Source of the DNA: an uncultured Acidobacteriota bacterium
GTDB lineage: Bacteria > Acidobacteriota > Vicinamibacteria > Fen-336
Length of the DNA stretch: 64,000 nt
Direction: 5' to 3'
Assembly: GCA_963740655.1 (NCBI GenBank)
Contig: CAVUFF010000011.1
Location: 502,834-566,833, forward strand
Part shown: piece after piece, positions 18,732-28,709 of the stretch
Position numbering within the stretch: position 1 is the first letter of the stretch
Layout of the letters: the number at the start of each line of letters is the position of its first letter
The notes under the pieces: model-generated
The model's database searches: none
Told to the model about the DNA's origin: nothing
Seen by the model: the letters and a program-made list of their open reading frames with translations, nothing else
Program-made: the position numbers and the translations under genes

Positions 18732-19549
18732 GCGCCGCGCTGCTCTGCGCGCGCCAGGAGCTGCGGCTCGCGGTGCGCTCGCGCTGGACGCAGACATTCG
18801 CCCTGGTGTTCGCGGCGCTCGCGATCGCGGTGGCCGCGTCGGGCTACGTGCTGTCGGGCGGGCACGGCGTCCAGGACTTCGCGCGCACCGCAGTGTCGCT
18901 GGTCCAGCTCGTGCTGCTGCTCGTCCCGCTCACGGCGCTCGTGATCGGCGTGCTGGCGCTCTCGCCGGACCGCGGGGCGGGCGAGCTGCTGTTCTCCCAG
19001 CCCGTGCCGCGCGCGACGATCCTGCTCGGGCAGGTCCTGGGCCTCTTCGGCTCCCTGGTGGCGGCGCAGGCCCTCGGCTTCGGCGCGGCCGGTCTCGTGA
19101 TCTTCAACCAGTCGGGCGACGAGGGCCTGGGCGGTTTCCTGATCCTGGTACTCGCCGCGGTCGTGCTCACCGCCGTCTTCCTGGGCCTGGCCGCGCTCGT
19201 CTCGGTGGGCGGCCGTCGCGCGCGCTCGCTCGCCCTCGCGCTCGTGGTCTGGTTCACGACGGTGGTCCTTTTCGACGTGGCGGCACTCGGCATCGCGTCG
19301 CTGCTGCCGTCGGGTCCGGCGTCCCGCGTGCTGATCCTGGGCGTGCTGCTGAACCCGGTGGACGCCGTGCGCACGGCGGCCCTCCTGGGGATCGAAGGCA
19401 CCGCTGCGTTCGGCCCCGCCTCGCTCGCGTTCCTGCGCTTCACTCACGGGGCCGGCGGAGCCGCGGCGCTGCTCGGGCTGTCGGTAGCGCTCTGGATCGT
19501 CGGCCCCCTGCTCGCCGCGGCGATTCGGCTCAGGCGAGCCGACATCTGA
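18728..19549 (+). CDS. nosY: NosY-like ABC-2 family permease
   Basis: GTG start overlapping the nosL stop. Six predicted TM segments. ABC-2 permease architecture immediately after nosL. Confidence 0.6.
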   Translation: MSAALLCARQELRLAVRSRWTQTFALVFAALAIAVAASGYVLSGGHGVQDFARTAVSLVQLVLLLVPLTALVIGVLALSPDRGAGELLFSQPVPRATILLGQVLGLFGSLVAAQALGFGAAGLVIFNQSGDEGLGGFLILVLAAVVLTAVFLGLAALVSVGGRRARSLALALVVWFTTVVLFDVAALGIASLLPSGPASRVLILGVLLNPVDAVRTAALLGIEGTAAFGPASLAFLRFTHGAGGAAALLGLSVALWIVGPLLAAAIRLRRADI

Positions 19550-19625
19550 TCGGCGGTCTGCCCGCGCGAGGCCGGAGAGTGTGGCGACCCGCGCGCGGGG
19601 TCGTCGACGCGCGCGGGCCTTCGAC

Positions 19626-21365
19626 TCAGGCGAGGACCGGCTCGGCCACCCGCCGCGGACCCGCCACGAGCGGAAGGTAGGCGGGCTCCCACATGGCCCC
19701 CGCCACGGCGGCAGGGATGTCCGCGTCCGGGATCGGCTTGCCAACGCCTTCGTCGCGCGCCGTCCGCACGACGGCCTCGGCGATGCGGGCGCTGACGCGC
19801 CGGATCTCGCGGACGCGCGGGAACAGGCTGCCCTTCGCAAGCTGCTCGGCATCGACCTCTGCCGCCAGCCGCTCCGCCGCCGCCGCGAACATCGAGTCGG
19901 TCACCCGCGTGGCCTGGGACACGAGCATGCCGAGCCCCACGCCGGGAAACACGAAGGCGTTGTTGCCCTGGCCGGTGTGGATCGGCTTGCCCTGCCACGA
20001 CACGGGGTCGAACGGGCTGCCGGTCGCGACCAGCGCGCGCCCCTCGGTCCACGCGATCACGTCGGCGGGCGTCGCCTCGCTGTTCGCCGTCGGGTTCGAC
20101 ATCGGGAACACCAGCGGCCGCTCGACGTGGCGGGCCATCTCGCGCACGATAGGCTCAGTGAAGGTGCCCGGCTCGGCGCAGACGCCGATCAGCATCGTGG
20201 GCTTGAGCTGGCGCACGACGCTCAGCAGGTCGCGGCGGCGCCCGGCGCCCAGCCCGCGCGTCTGCGCGAGGGCCGCGGGCCACGCGAACTCGCGCTTGTG
20301 CGCGTCCTCGATCGGGGCGTCGTCGACGAGCAGGCCGCGGCTGTCCAGGCAGGCGATCGCCGTCGCCAGCTCGTCGCCGGCCAGGCCGGCGCGCGTCAGC
20401 GCGCCGCGCAAGAGCCGCGCGATCCCGATCCCGGCGGCGCCGGCCCCGTAGATCACGACGCGCTGCGCGCGCGGATCCGTCCGGGTCAGCCGCGCTCCGG
20501 CGAGCATCCCTGCGAGCGCCACGGCCGCCGTGCCCTGGATGTCGTCGTTGAACGAGGGCAGCTCCTCGCGGTAGCGGTCGAGCAGGCGGAACGCGTTCGC
20601 CTTCTTGAAGTCCTCCCACTGCAAGACCGCGCGCGGGAAGCAGGTCTTCACCGCCTTCACGAACTCGTCGACCAGCGACTGGTACTCCGGGCCGCGCAGC
20701 CGCGGGAAGCGCCAGCCGAGGTAGAGCTCGTCCTGCAGCAGCTCGGGGTTGTCGGTGCCGACGTCGAGGCTGATCGGCAGCGTCTGCCAGGGCGGGATCC
20801 CGGCGGCCGCCGTGTAGAGCGCGAGCTTGCCGATCGGGATTCCCATCCCGCCGGCGCCCTGGTCGCCGAGGCCGAGGATGCGCTCGTTGTCCGTCACCAC
20901 GATCAGCCGCACATCTTCGAAGGGCGCGTTCTTGAGCACGTCCGCGATGCGGCCGCGGTGCTCGGGCGTGATCCACAGGCCGCGGGCGCGGCGGAAGATG
21001 TGGCTGAACTGCTGGCACGCGAGCCCGACCGTGGGCGTGTAGACGACCGGCAGGAACTCCTCGATGTGGTTCATGAGCACGCGGTAGAACAGGTGCTCGT
21101 TGCGATCCTGGAGCGCCGCGAGCCCGATGTACTTCTCGAGCGGCTCGCGCTTCCTGGCGATGTTGTCGCAGATGCGCCGCTCCTGCTCCTCGATGCTGTT
21201 CGTCGCGTGCGGCAGCAGGCCCTCGAGTCCGAGCGCCGTGCGCTCCTCCGCGCTGAACGCGGTGCCCTTGGTATAGAGCGGGTGGTGGAGCAGCTCCTCG
21301 CCCCGGCACGGCACCTCGAGCCACGACCCACGGCGCGGATCGCGCCTAAGACCGAAGGTTTCCAT
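19626..21365 (-). CDS. NAD(P)-dependent malic enzyme
   Basis: ATG at 21365 with an AGGAGG ribosome-binding site. HHPLYTKGTAF, GIPIGKLALYTAAAGI and VIYGAGAAGIGIA motifs. Confidence 0.9.
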   Translation of the reverse strand: METFGLRRDPRRGSWLEVPCRGEELLHHPLYTKGTAFSAEERTALGLEGLLPHATNSIEEQERRICDNIARKREPLEKYIGLAALQDRNEHLFYRVLMNHIEEFLPVVYTPTVGLACQQFSHIFRRARGLWITPEHRGRIADVLKNAPFEDVRLIVVTDNERILGLGDQGAGGMGIPIGKLALYTAAAGIPPWQTLPISLDVGTDNPELLQDELYLGWRFPRLRGPEYQSLVDEFVKAVKTCFPRAVLQWEDFKKANAFRLLDRYREELPSFNDDIQGTAAVALAGMLAGARLTRTDPRAQRVVIYGAGAAGIGIARLLRGALTRAGLAGDELATAIACLDSRGLLVDDAPIEDAHKREFAWPAALAQTRGLGAGRRRDLLSVVRQLKPTMLIGVCAEPGTFTEPIVREMARHVERPLVFPMSNPTANSEATPADVIAWTEGRALVATGSPFDPVSWQGKPIHTGQGNNAFVFPGVGLGMLVSQATRVTDSMFAAAAERLAAEVDAEQLAKGSLFPRVREIRRVSARIAEAVVRTARDEGVGKPIPDADIPAAVAGAMWEPAYLPLVAGPRRVAEPVLA

Positions 21366-21492
21366 GACGCCTCCTGCGCGCAAACGGCCTCGACAGCAGA
21401 TCGGGTGCAAACGAGAGGCCAGAGGGACGCGGTCCGGCAAGCCGCGCCCTGACGGCGCCCGCTCGACAGAAGGCTCGCGCCGGGCGCGAATC

Positions 21493-22449
21493 CTACGCCG
21501 GCGAATGGCCCGGCGCAGCTTCTGCGCCAGCCGGGTCCTGGGCTTGCGGAGGCGGCGTGGGCGGGGGAGTGGCTGGCGGCGTCTCGGGCAAGCTGGTGGG
21601 CGGCGTGGGCTCCGGCGTGGGCGCGGGCGGGGGTGCCGGCTCGATCGGCGGAGGCTGCGGAGTAGGGCCCGGCGCGGGACCCTCCGCCTCGTCGTCTTCG
21701 GGGACCTCCTCCGGCGGCGGCTCGGCGCCGAGCGAGGCGGTGTCGCGGCCGAGGTAGCCGGCCTGCGCCATCAGCCACAGCACGCGTCGCGTGGCGCGCT
21801 CGTGGCGCGCTGCGTTTACGGCCGGATTGAGCCGCCGCGGGTTCGGGATCATGGCCGCGAGGCCCGCAGCCTCCGTCTCCGTGAGCGCCGCCGCGGGCTT
21901 GCCGTACCAGCGCCGCGCCGCCTCCTCGCAGCCGTAGATGCCGTCGCCCCACTCGATGACGTTCAGGTAGAGCGAGAGGATGCGCGGCTTCGTCAGGTCC
22001 TGCTCGAGCCAGCGCGCCACCACCAGCTCGCGCAGCTTGCGCAGCGGCGTCTTCGCCGTGCCGAAGTAGAGGTTCTTCGCGAGCTGCTGCGTGATCGTGC
22101 TGCCGCCGCGGGCGAAGCGTCGCCTCTCGACGTCCTTCTCGAGCGAGTCCTGGATCGCCGTCCAGTCTACGCCCGCGTGGCCGAAGAACTTCTGGTCCTC
22201 CGAGGCCAGCACCGCGTGGATCAGGTGGCGCGAGACGGCCGAGAGCGGCACGGGCGCGCGCCGCGCGCGTGCGGAACGGCCCCGGGCGCGCGCTTCCTCC
22301 TCGCGCTGCAGCATCAGGCGCGTGCGGCCGGGGTCGTGCGCGGCGAGCGCGCTCACCTCGGCGCGCGCGGGCAGGCCCGACCAGACCCAGGCGGCGACGA
22401 GCGCGAGTAGCGCGAGCGCGAGGAGCGCGACGAGCGCGAGCCGCTTCAT
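21493..22449 (-). CDS. mtgA: Monofunctional biosynthetic peptidoglycan transglycosylase (GT51) with a Pro-rich C-terminal tail
   Basis: [17 protein letters not shown] anchor. GT51 motifs ([37 protein letters not shown]). Track ORF N-terminal extension rejected. Confidence 0.85.
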   Translation of the reverse strand: MKRLALVALLALALLALVAAWVWSGLPARAEVSALAAHDPGRTRLMLQREEEARARGRSARARRAPVPLSAVSRHLIHAVLASEDQKFFGHAGVDWTAIQDSLEKDVERRRFARGGSTITQQLAKNLYFGTAKTPLRKLRELVVARWLEQDLTKPRILSLYLNVIEWGDGIYGCEEAARRWYGKPAAALTETEAAGLAAMIPNPRRLNPAVNAARHERATRRVLWLMAQAGYLGRDTASLGAEPPPEEVPEDDEAEGPAPGPTPQPPPIEPAPPPAPTPEPTPPTSLPETPPATPPPTPPPQAQDPAGAEAAPGHSPA

Positions 22450-22464
22450 GACGGGCGGTATACC

Positions 22465-23664
22465 ATGAGACCGCGGGCGTCCTCCGACGACCGCAGCGGA
22501 GGCCGCGTGGACTTCGAGCTCAGCGAAGAGCAGGCGCTGCTGCGCAAGACCGTGCGCGAGTTCGCCGAGGCCGAGCTCGCCCCGCACGTGCGCGAGTGGG
22601 ACGAGAAGCAGGCGTTCCCGCGCGACGTGTTCACGCGTCTCGGCGCGCTCGGGCTCGCCGGCGCCTGCTGGCCGGAGCGCTACGGCGGCTCGGGCCTCTC
22701 GACGCTCGACTGGGCGCTCGTGATGGAGGAGCTGGCGCGCGTCGACGCGGGGGTGGCGCTCTCGCTCGCGGCGCACCACGGGCTGTGCTCGGCGCACATC
22801 CACGCGTTCGGCAGCGAGGAGCAGAAGCAGCGCTTCCTACCCGCGCTCGCGAGCGGCGCGAAGGTCGGCTGCTGGGGCCTCACCGAGCCCGGCTCGGGCT
22901 CGGACGCGGGCGGGATGCGCACGACCGCCGTGCGCGACGCCGGGCACTACGTGCTCAACGGCTCCAAGAACTTCATCACCAACGGCGGCATCGCCGACAC
23001 GGCCGTCGTCATCGCGGTGACGGATCGCGCCGCCGGCAAGAAGGGCATCTCGGCGATCGTGGTCGAGCGGGGAACGACGGGCTTCCGCTCGGGGCGCAGG
23101 GAGGACAAGCTCGGCGTGCGCTCCTCCGACACCTCGGAGCTGGCGTTCGAGGACTGCCGCGTGCCCGCCGCGAACCTGCTGGGCGAGCCGGGCAAGGGCT
23201 TCATCGACACGCTGCGCCTGCTCGACAAGGGCCGCATCGGGATCGCGGCGTTCTCGCTCGGGATCGCCCAGGCCGCGTTCGAGGCCTCGATCAGCTACGC
23301 GCGCGCGCGGCGGCAGTTCGACCACCCGATCGCCGACTTCCAGGCGATCCAGTTCAAGGTGGCCGAGATGGCGACCAAGCTCGACGCGGCGCGCCTGCTC
23401 ACCTGGCGCGCCGCGGCGCTCGCGGACCGCGGCAAGCCGCACACCGCCGAGTCCTCGATGGCGAAGCTGTTCGCGAGCGAGTCCGCCGTCGAGACGGCGC
23501 TCGAGGCCGTGCAGCTGCACGGCGGCTACGGCTACATCAAGGACTACCCGGTCGAGCGCCACCTGCGCGACGCCAAGCTCGGCACGATCGGCGAGGGCAC
23601 GAGCGAGGTGCAGCGCCTGGTGATCGCGCGGCTCCTGCTCGGCCTGCGGCCGGTGGTCCGCTAG
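22465..23664 (+). CDS. Acyl-CoA dehydrogenase
   Basis: [24 protein letters not shown] and [18 protein letters not shown] motifs. The start may be the downstream GTG (VDFELSEEQ). Confidence 0.9.
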   Translation: MRPRASSDDRSGGRVDFELSEEQALLRKTVREFAEAELAPHVREWDEKQAFPRDVFTRLGALGLAGACWPERYGGSGLSTLDWALVMEELARVDAGVALSLAAHHGLCSAHIHAFGSEEQKQRFLPALASGAKVGCWGLTEPGSGSDAGGMRTTAVRDAGHYVLNGSKNFITNGGIADTAVVIAVTDRAAGKKGISAIVVERGTTGFRSGRREDKLGVRSSDTSELAFEDCRVPAANLLGEPGKGFIDTLRLLDKGRIGIAAFSLGIAQAAFEASISYARARRQFDHPIADFQAIQFKVAEMATKLDAARLLTWRAAALADRGKPHTAESSMAKLFASESAVETALEAVQLHGGYGYIKDYPVERHLRDAKLGTIGEGTSEVQRLVIARLLLGLRPVVR

Positions 23665-24620
23665 TGGCGGGAGCCGACGACGTCGCGGCCGTCGCCGGCG
23701 CGGTGCGCGCGGGCGACGCGCGGGCGCTCGCGCGTGCGATCAGCCTGGTCGAGGACGACGCGCCGCAGTCGCGGGCCCTGATGCGCGCGCTCTTCCCGCA
23801 CGGCGGCGACGCCCTGGTCGTGGGCGTGACGGGGCCGCCCGGCGCCGGCAAGTCCACGCTCGTCGACCGGCTCACGGCGCTCTTCCGCGCCGAGGGCAGG
23901 AGCGTGGGCATCGTGGCGGTCGACCCGAGCTCGCCTTTCAGCGGCGGCGCGATCCTGGGGGACCGCATCCGGATGCAGGCGCACGCGACCGACCCGGGCG
24001 TCTTCATCCGCTCGATGGCAACCCGCGGCCACCTCGGCGGCCTCGCGGCGACGACCGGCGGCGTGCTGAGCGTCCTCGCGGCCTCGGGCAAGGACGTGAT
24101 CCTGGTCGAGACCGTGGGGGTCGGCCAGGACGAAGTCGAGATCGTCGGGGCCGCCGACGTGAGTGTCGTCGTGCTGGTGCCCGGGCTCGGCGACGAGGTG
24201 CAGGCGCTCAAGGCCGGCATCATGGAGATCGCCGACGTCTTCGTGGTCAACAAGGCCGACCGCGAGGGCGCCGACCGCGTCGTGGCCGAGATCGAGTCGA
24301 TGCTCTCGCTCGCCGCCGGCGAGGGACCGCCGCCAGTCATCGTCCGCACCGTCGCGACGCGCGACGAAGGCGCGCGGGAGCTTCTGGCCGCGATCTTCGC
24401 GTTCCACGAGCGGGCGAGGGGCTCGGGCGTGCTCGCCGCGAGGCGGCGCGAGCGGCTCGGCCGGCAGCTGGACGGCGCCGTGCGTCGCCGGCTGCTGGAG
24501 CGCCTGGAGTCGAGCCTGCGGCCCGGCGAGACGGACGCGCTCGTAGAGCGGCTGGTGCGTCGCGAGCTCGACCCGTTCAGCGCGGCCGACGAGCTCACCT
24601 CGCGAATGGCGGGCGCGTGA
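23664..24620 (+). CDS. meaB: MeaB/ArgK-family methylmalonyl-CoA mutase-associated GTPase
   Basis: GTG start overlapping the ACAD stop (TAGTG). P-loop GVTGPPGAGKST. LVETVGVGQ. NKAD. Confidence 0.85.
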   Translation: MAGADDVAAVAGAVRAGDARALARAISLVEDDAPQSRALMRALFPHGGDALVVGVTGPPGAGKSTLVDRLTALFRAEGRSVGIVAVDPSSPFSGGAILGDRIRMQAHATDPGVFIRSMATRGHLGGLAATTGGVLSVLAASGKDVILVETVGVGQDEVEIVGAADVSVVVLVPGLGDEVQALKAGIMEIADVFVVNKADREGADRVVAEIESMLSLAAGEGPPPVIVRTVATRDEGARELLAAIFAFHERARGSGVLAARRRERLGRQLDGAVRRRLLERLESSLRPGETDALVERLVRRELDPFSAADELTSRMAGA

Positions 24621-25021
24621 AGGTCCTCCGCATCGACCACCTCGGGATCGCTGTGCCGTCGCTCGGACCGGCCGTCGCCGCCTACGAGGCGCTCGGCTTC
24701 CGCGTCTGCGCACGCCACGACGTGCCCAGCGAGCAGGTGCGGACCGCGTTCCTGCCGGTGGGTGAGTCGCAGCTCGAGCTGCTCGAGCCGACGGGCCCGG
24801 GCGGGGCGATCGCGCGTTTCCTCGAGAAGCGCTCCGGCCTGCACCACGTGTGCGTCGTGGTGGACGACATCGAGGCGGCGCTCGTCGAGCTGAAGGCGCG
24901 CGGAGTGGCGCTCGTCGACGAGACGCCGCGGGTCGGTGCGGGCGGCTGCCGCGTGGCCTTCGTCCACCCGAAGGCCGCCGCCGGCGTGCTGCTCGAGCTC
25001 AAGCAGGAGCCGAAAGCCTAG
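24617..25021 (+). CDS. Methylmalonyl-CoA epimerase (glyoxalase/VOC fold)
   Basis: 134 aa, VLRIDHLGIAV...GLHHVCVVVDDI...VAFVHPK. GTGA overlap with meaB. Confidence 0.8.
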   Translation: MKVLRIDHLGIAVPSLGPAVAAYEALGFRVCARHDVPSEQVRTAFLPVGESQLELLEPTGPGGAIARFLEKRSGLHHVCVVVDDIEAALVELKARGVALVDETPRVGAGGCRVAFVHPKAAAGVLLELKQEPKA

Positions 25022-25115
25022 GCCTCGCGGCCGGGCGAGCCCTGGCGCGGGGGCGCCGGAGCGCGTACGATCGCCGGTCGGCCCGGGAGCGGGGCGCTTC
25101 GGAGGGACAACAGGA

Positions 25116-25982
25116 ATGGGCGAGCAGGTCCGGATCGGGATCATCGGCGGCACCGGTCTCTACCAGATGGAGGGCTTCAGCGGCGTCCGCGAGGTCGCGG
25201 TCGACACGCCGTTCGGCAAGCCTTCGGATAGCCTGATGCTGGGCGAGCTCGAGGGCCGCGCGGTGGCGTTCCTGCCGCGCCACGGGCGCGGCCACCGCAT
25301 CCTGCCGCACGAGCTCAACTTCCAGGCGAACGTCTTCGCGATGAAGTCGCTCGGCGTCGAGTTCCTGCTCTCGGTCTCGGCCGTCGGCTCGCTCAAGCAG
25401 GAGTACGCGCCGCTCGACATGCTGATCCCGGACCAGTTCATCGACCGCACGCAGCAGCGGCGCTCGACGTTTTTCGGACGCGGGCTGGTGGCGCACGTGG
25501 GCTTTGCCCACCCGTTCTGTCCCGAGCTGTCGAAGCGCATGGCCGAGGGCTGCGCCGCGGCGGGCGCGCGCCACCACGTCGGCGGCAGCTACGTCTGCAT
25601 CGAGGGCCCGCAGTTCTCGACGCTCGCGGAGTCGCGGCTCTACCGCTCCTGGGGCGCGGACGTCGTGGGCATGACGAACCTGCAGGAGGCCAAGCTCGCG
25701 CGCGAGGCGGAGATCTGCTACGCCACGCTCGCGATGGTGACCGACTACGACTGCTGGCACCCCGAGCACGACGCGGTCACGGCCGAGGGCGTGATGGCGG
25801 TGCTCGGGAAGAACGTCGCGACCGCGCGCGCCGTGCTGCGCGGCGTCGTGGGGCGCCTGCCGCAGCCGCGGGAGTGCGAGTGCGCCCACGCTCTGCGACA
25901 CGCGCTCTTGACCGCGCCCGAGCTGGTGCCCGAGGCGGTCAAGCGCGAGCTCGCCCCGATCGTCGGCCGCTACATCCGCTGA
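25116..25982 (+). CDS. mtnP: S-methyl-5'-thioadenosine phosphorylase
   Basis: VRIGIIGGTGLY, GVEFLLSVSAVGSL and MTNLQEAKLAREAEICYATLAMVTDYD. ATG at 25116 with a GGAGGGA ribosome-binding site. Confidence 0.9.
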   Translation: MGEQVRIGIIGGTGLYQMEGFSGVREVAVDTPFGKPSDSLMLGELEGRAVAFLPRHGRGHRILPHELNFQANVFAMKSLGVEFLLSVSAVGSLKQEYAPLDMLIPDQFIDRTQQRRSTFFGRGLVAHVGFAHPFCPELSKRMAEGCAAAGARHHVGGSYVCIEGPQFSTLAESRLYRSWGADVVGMTNLQEAKLAREAEICYATLAMVTDYDCWHPEHDAVTAEGVMAVLGKNVATARAVLRGVVGRLPQPRECECAHALRHALLTAPELVPEAVKRELAPIVGRYIR

Positions 25983-25991
25983 GGAGACCCG

Positions 25992-26900
25992 ATGTCGATC
26001 CTGGTCGTCGGCAGCGTCGCATACGACACGGTCGAGACGCCGGCCGGGCGCCGGGAGCGCGTCCTCGGCGGCAGCGCCTCGTTCTTCGCGGTGGCGGCGT
26101 CCTTCTTCTCGCCCGTCAACCTGGTGGGTGTCGTGGGCGACGACTTCGGCGAGGCGCAGCTCGAGGCGTTCCGCGGCCGCGCGATCGACCTCGCCGGCCT
26201 CGAGCGGACGCACGGCAAGACCTTCCACTGGCAGGGCCGCTACTCGCAGGACCTGAACTCGCGCGACACGATCGCCACCGACCTCAACGTGTTCGAGTTC
26301 TTCGAGCCGAAGATCCCGCAGGCCTACCGCCGCTGCGAGCTCGTGTTCCTCGGCAACATCGATCCCGTGCTGCAGCGGCAGGTGCTGGCGCAGGTCGAGC
26401 GCCCGCGCGTCGTCGCCTGCGACACGATGAACTTCTGGATCAAGGGCAAGCCCGAAGCGCTGCGCGAGACGCTCGCCAAGGTGCAGGTGCTGCTGATCAA
26501 CGACCAGGAGGCGCGCGAGCTCTCGGGCGAGTGGAACCTGGTCAAGGCGGCACGCGCGATCCGCGCGATGGGCCCGCACACGCTGGTGGTGAAGAAGGGC
26601 GAGCACGGCGTGCTGCTCTTCGGGCACGGGACCTGCTTCGCCGCGCCCGCGCTGCCGCTCGAGACGGTCGTCGACCCGACCGGCGCCGGCGACACCTTCG
26701 CCGGCGGCTTCATGGGATACCTGGCGAGCGCTCCCGAGCTGGGCGACGCGGCCCTGCGCCAGGCGGTCGTGATGGGCAGCACGCTCGCCTCGTTCTGCGT
26801 CGAGGCCTTCAGCCTCGACCGCCTGCTGACGCTCACGCGGCCGGAGATCGAGGCGCGCTACGGCGTCTTCCAGGAGCTGACGACGTTCGAGAAGCTGTAG
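25992..26900 (+). CDS. PfkB-family carbohydrate/nucleoside kinase (adenosine-kinase-like)
   Basis: Ribokinase-fold motifs. C-terminal DPTGAGDTFAGGF. Located downstream of MTAP. Confidence 0.8.
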   Translation: MSILVVGSVAYDTVETPAGRRERVLGGSASFFAVAASFFSPVNLVGVVGDDFGEAQLEAFRGRAIDLAGLERTHGKTFHWQGRYSQDLNSRDTIATDLNVFEFFEPKIPQAYRRCELVFLGNIDPVLQRQVLAQVERPRVVACDTMNFWIKGKPEALRETLAKVQVLLINDQEARELSGEWNLVKAARAIRAMGPHTLVVKKGEHGVLLFGHGTCFAAPALPLETVVDPTGAGDTFAGGFMGYLASAPELGDAALRQAVVMGSTLASFCVEAFSLDRLLTLTRPEIEARYGVFQELTTFEKL

Positions 26901-26902
26901 GG

Positions 26903-27295
26903 CTACGGCTGGGAAGTGCCGGCCTCCGCCTGCTCGAGCATCGTGTTGACGATCGTGAGCAGCTTGTTCGCGGTGAAGGGCTTGTTGATGTACATCACCG
27001 CGCCCGACTCGAAGCCCTCCGCGAGCGCCTCGCCACCGCCCTTCGCCGTCAGGAAGATGACGGGGATCTCCTTGGTGCGCCCGTCCTGCTTGATCTGACG
27101 GCACACCTCGAAGCCGTCCTTGTCGGGCATCATCACGTCGAGCAGCACGAGGTCGAAGACCTGCTCGCGCAGCAGCTTCAGCGCTTCCTCGCCGCCGCCG
27201 GCGGTGGTGACCAGGAACCCCTTCTGCTCCAGGATGGTGCGCTCGAGGCTCAGGATGTTCTCGTCGTCGTCAACGACAAGGATTCGCTTGGCCAT
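26903..27295 (-). CDS. Single-domain CheY-like response regulator receiver
   Basis: ILVVDDD, LVLLDVMMP and phospho-acceptor Asp contexts. 130 aa with no output domain. Confidence 0.9.
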   Translation of the reverse strand: MAKRILVVDDDENILSLERTILEQKGFLVTTAGGGEEALKLLREQVFDLVLLDVMMPDKDGFEVCRQIKQDGRTKEIPVIFLTAKGGGEALAEGFESGAVMYINKPFTANKLLTIVNTMLEQAEAGTSQP

Positions 27296-27369
27296 CCGTC
27301 CTCCGGCCGAAAGCTTGTCTGGTGATCGGGCGGGATTCTAGCACCGAAGCGCCGCGCAACACCCGGTTC

Positions 27370-28008
27370 TCAGGGGATCACGAGCTCCCCGCAGGCGCCG
27401 CCCGCCGTGCACGCCCGGAACGTGCCGGAGCCGTACGCCCACACCAGGTACTGGTTGTCCGAGTGGTTGAGGCACGCCGTCCCCCCGTCGGGGCCGTTGC
27501 AGCGCTTGCCGTTCGCCGACCACGTCGGCCCCGCGCGGCCCGTGTCCGCGGCGCGCCCGACGCGCAGGGCCTCGCACGCGGCGCGCTCGGGGTCGCCTTC
27601 CATCCGCACCGGGCACACGCTGCGGCCGTCCGTGAAGCCGATGTTGCGGCAGTAGACCGCGTCCGAGACGAGCGGCGTCGAGTCGAGCAGCGCCCGGCTC
27701 GAGGACCCGCCGTGCAGCTTGACGTTCATGCGCGCGATCGGCGGCGGCAGCGGTGCGCTGCAGGTGCCCGAGACGTTGCCGCCGCCTCCGCCGCCCCCGC
27801 CACCGCCCGGATCGTACGGATCGGGCTCCGGATCGGGCTCGGTCCCGGGCGTGGGCGTCGGCGTGGGCTGGGGCGCCGGCGCCGTCGGCACCATCGCGAC
27901 GTCGGGCTGCGTCTGCGTGCGCCTCGACTCCGACGCGGAGCCGCCGCAGGCGGCAGCCAGGAGCGACGTCAGCAGCAGGGCGCCTAGCGCGAGCGCCGCC
28001 CGGTCGTC
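27370..28008 (-). CDS. Cys-rich PT-linker lipoprotein, paralog 1 (8-Cys domain of unknown function). Start codon unresolved.
   Basis: Signal/lipobox ALALGALLLTSLLAAAC. PT/G-rich linker. 130-aa domain GTCSAPLPP...AYC..IGFTDGRSVCPVRMEGDP..ACE...DTGR.GPTW...C....C..DNQY...AC....CG. No ATG/GTG/TTG in frame between the P2 stop and the signal peptide. Confidence 0.5.
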   Translation of the reverse strand, partial: DDRAALALGALLLTSLLAAACGGSASESRRTQTQPDVAMVPTAPAPQPTPTPTPGTEPDPEPDPYDPGGGGGGGGGGNVSGTCSAPLPPPIARMNVKLHGGSSSRALLDSTPLVSDAVYCRNIGFTDGRSVCPVRMEGDPERAACEALRVGRAADTGRAGPTWSANGKRCNGPDGGTACLNHSDNQYLVWAYGSGTFRACTAGGACGELVIP

Positions 28009-28666
28009 AGCGGTCGACGAAAACCGAGCCGCAGACGCCGTTCTTGTTGCCGCAGGCCTGGTAGCTGCCGGCCTTGTAGGCGAAGACCTGGTACTGGTTG
28101 TCGGGGCTGTTCTCGCACACCGGCTTCCCGGTGCACGAGCTGCCGTCGACGGACCAGGTCGGCCCGTTGCGCCCGGTGTCGTGCGCGCGCCCGACGACGA
28201 CGAGCTCGCAGGCGCTGCGCTGGGGATCGCCTTCCATGCGGACGGGGCACACGCTCCGGCCATCGGTGAAGCCAATCTTGGCACAGTAAGCAGCGTCCGG
28301 GCCGACGAGCGGCGTCGAGTCGAGCAGCCAGTGGTTGTCGCCGCGCTGGTGGATCTTCACGTTGATGCTCGAGAGGTCCGGCGGCAGCGGCGAGCCGCAG
28401 CCGGCGGCGTCGCCCGGATCCGGCGTCGGGCTCGCGGACGGATCGGGCGTCGGCGTGGCGTTCGGGTCGGGCGACGGGGTCGGTTTGCTCGGTGCGCCGA
28501 GGATCGGCGGGTTGGGGTTGGGGGAGCTGCTCGCGATCGGCCTCGGGTCCGGCGTCGGCTCGGGACGCGTCGGCGTGGCGAGCGTCCCGCAGCCCCACGC
28601 CAGCACGCCGCACGCCACGACCAGGCCCCCGAGTGCCCCCAGGCTGAAGGCCCGTGTCACCGGCAC
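28007..28666 (-). CDS. Cys-rich PT-linker lipoprotein, paralog 2
   Basis: GTG start (VPVTRAFSLGALGGLVVAC lipobox). PT-rich linker. Same 8-Cys domain (CGSPLPPDLSSINVKIH...IGFTDGRSVCPVRMEGDPQRSACE...DNQYQVFAY...VCGSVFVDR). Confidence 0.6.
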   Translation of the reverse strand: MPVTRAFSLGALGGLVVACGVLAWGCGTLATPTRPEPTPDPRPIASSSPNPNPPILGAPSKPTPSPDPNATPTPDPSASPTPDPGDAAGCGSPLPPDLSSINVKIHQRGDNHWLLDSTPLVGPDAAYCAKIGFTDGRSVCPVRMEGDPQRSACELVVVGRAHDTGRNGPTWSVDGSSCTGKPVCENSPDNQYQVFAYKAGSYQACGNKNGVCGSVFVDR

Positions 28667-28709
28667 ACGGTCACACGCAGGCGGCGGGCTGTCAAGCCTG
28701 CGCGCGCGA

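Noticed and set aside
22449-22465. Only 15 bp between the divergent mtgA and acyl-CoA dehydrogenase start codons
   Set aside because: This is most likely resolved by the dehydrogenase starting at the downstream GTG (~22507). It is not evidence of an unusual shared promoter.
26898-26905. Convergent PfkB-kinase and CheY-like genes whose stop codons are only 2 bp apart
   Set aside because: Seen in the sequence but probably just compact genome organisation. There is no room for, and no evidence of, a functional element.
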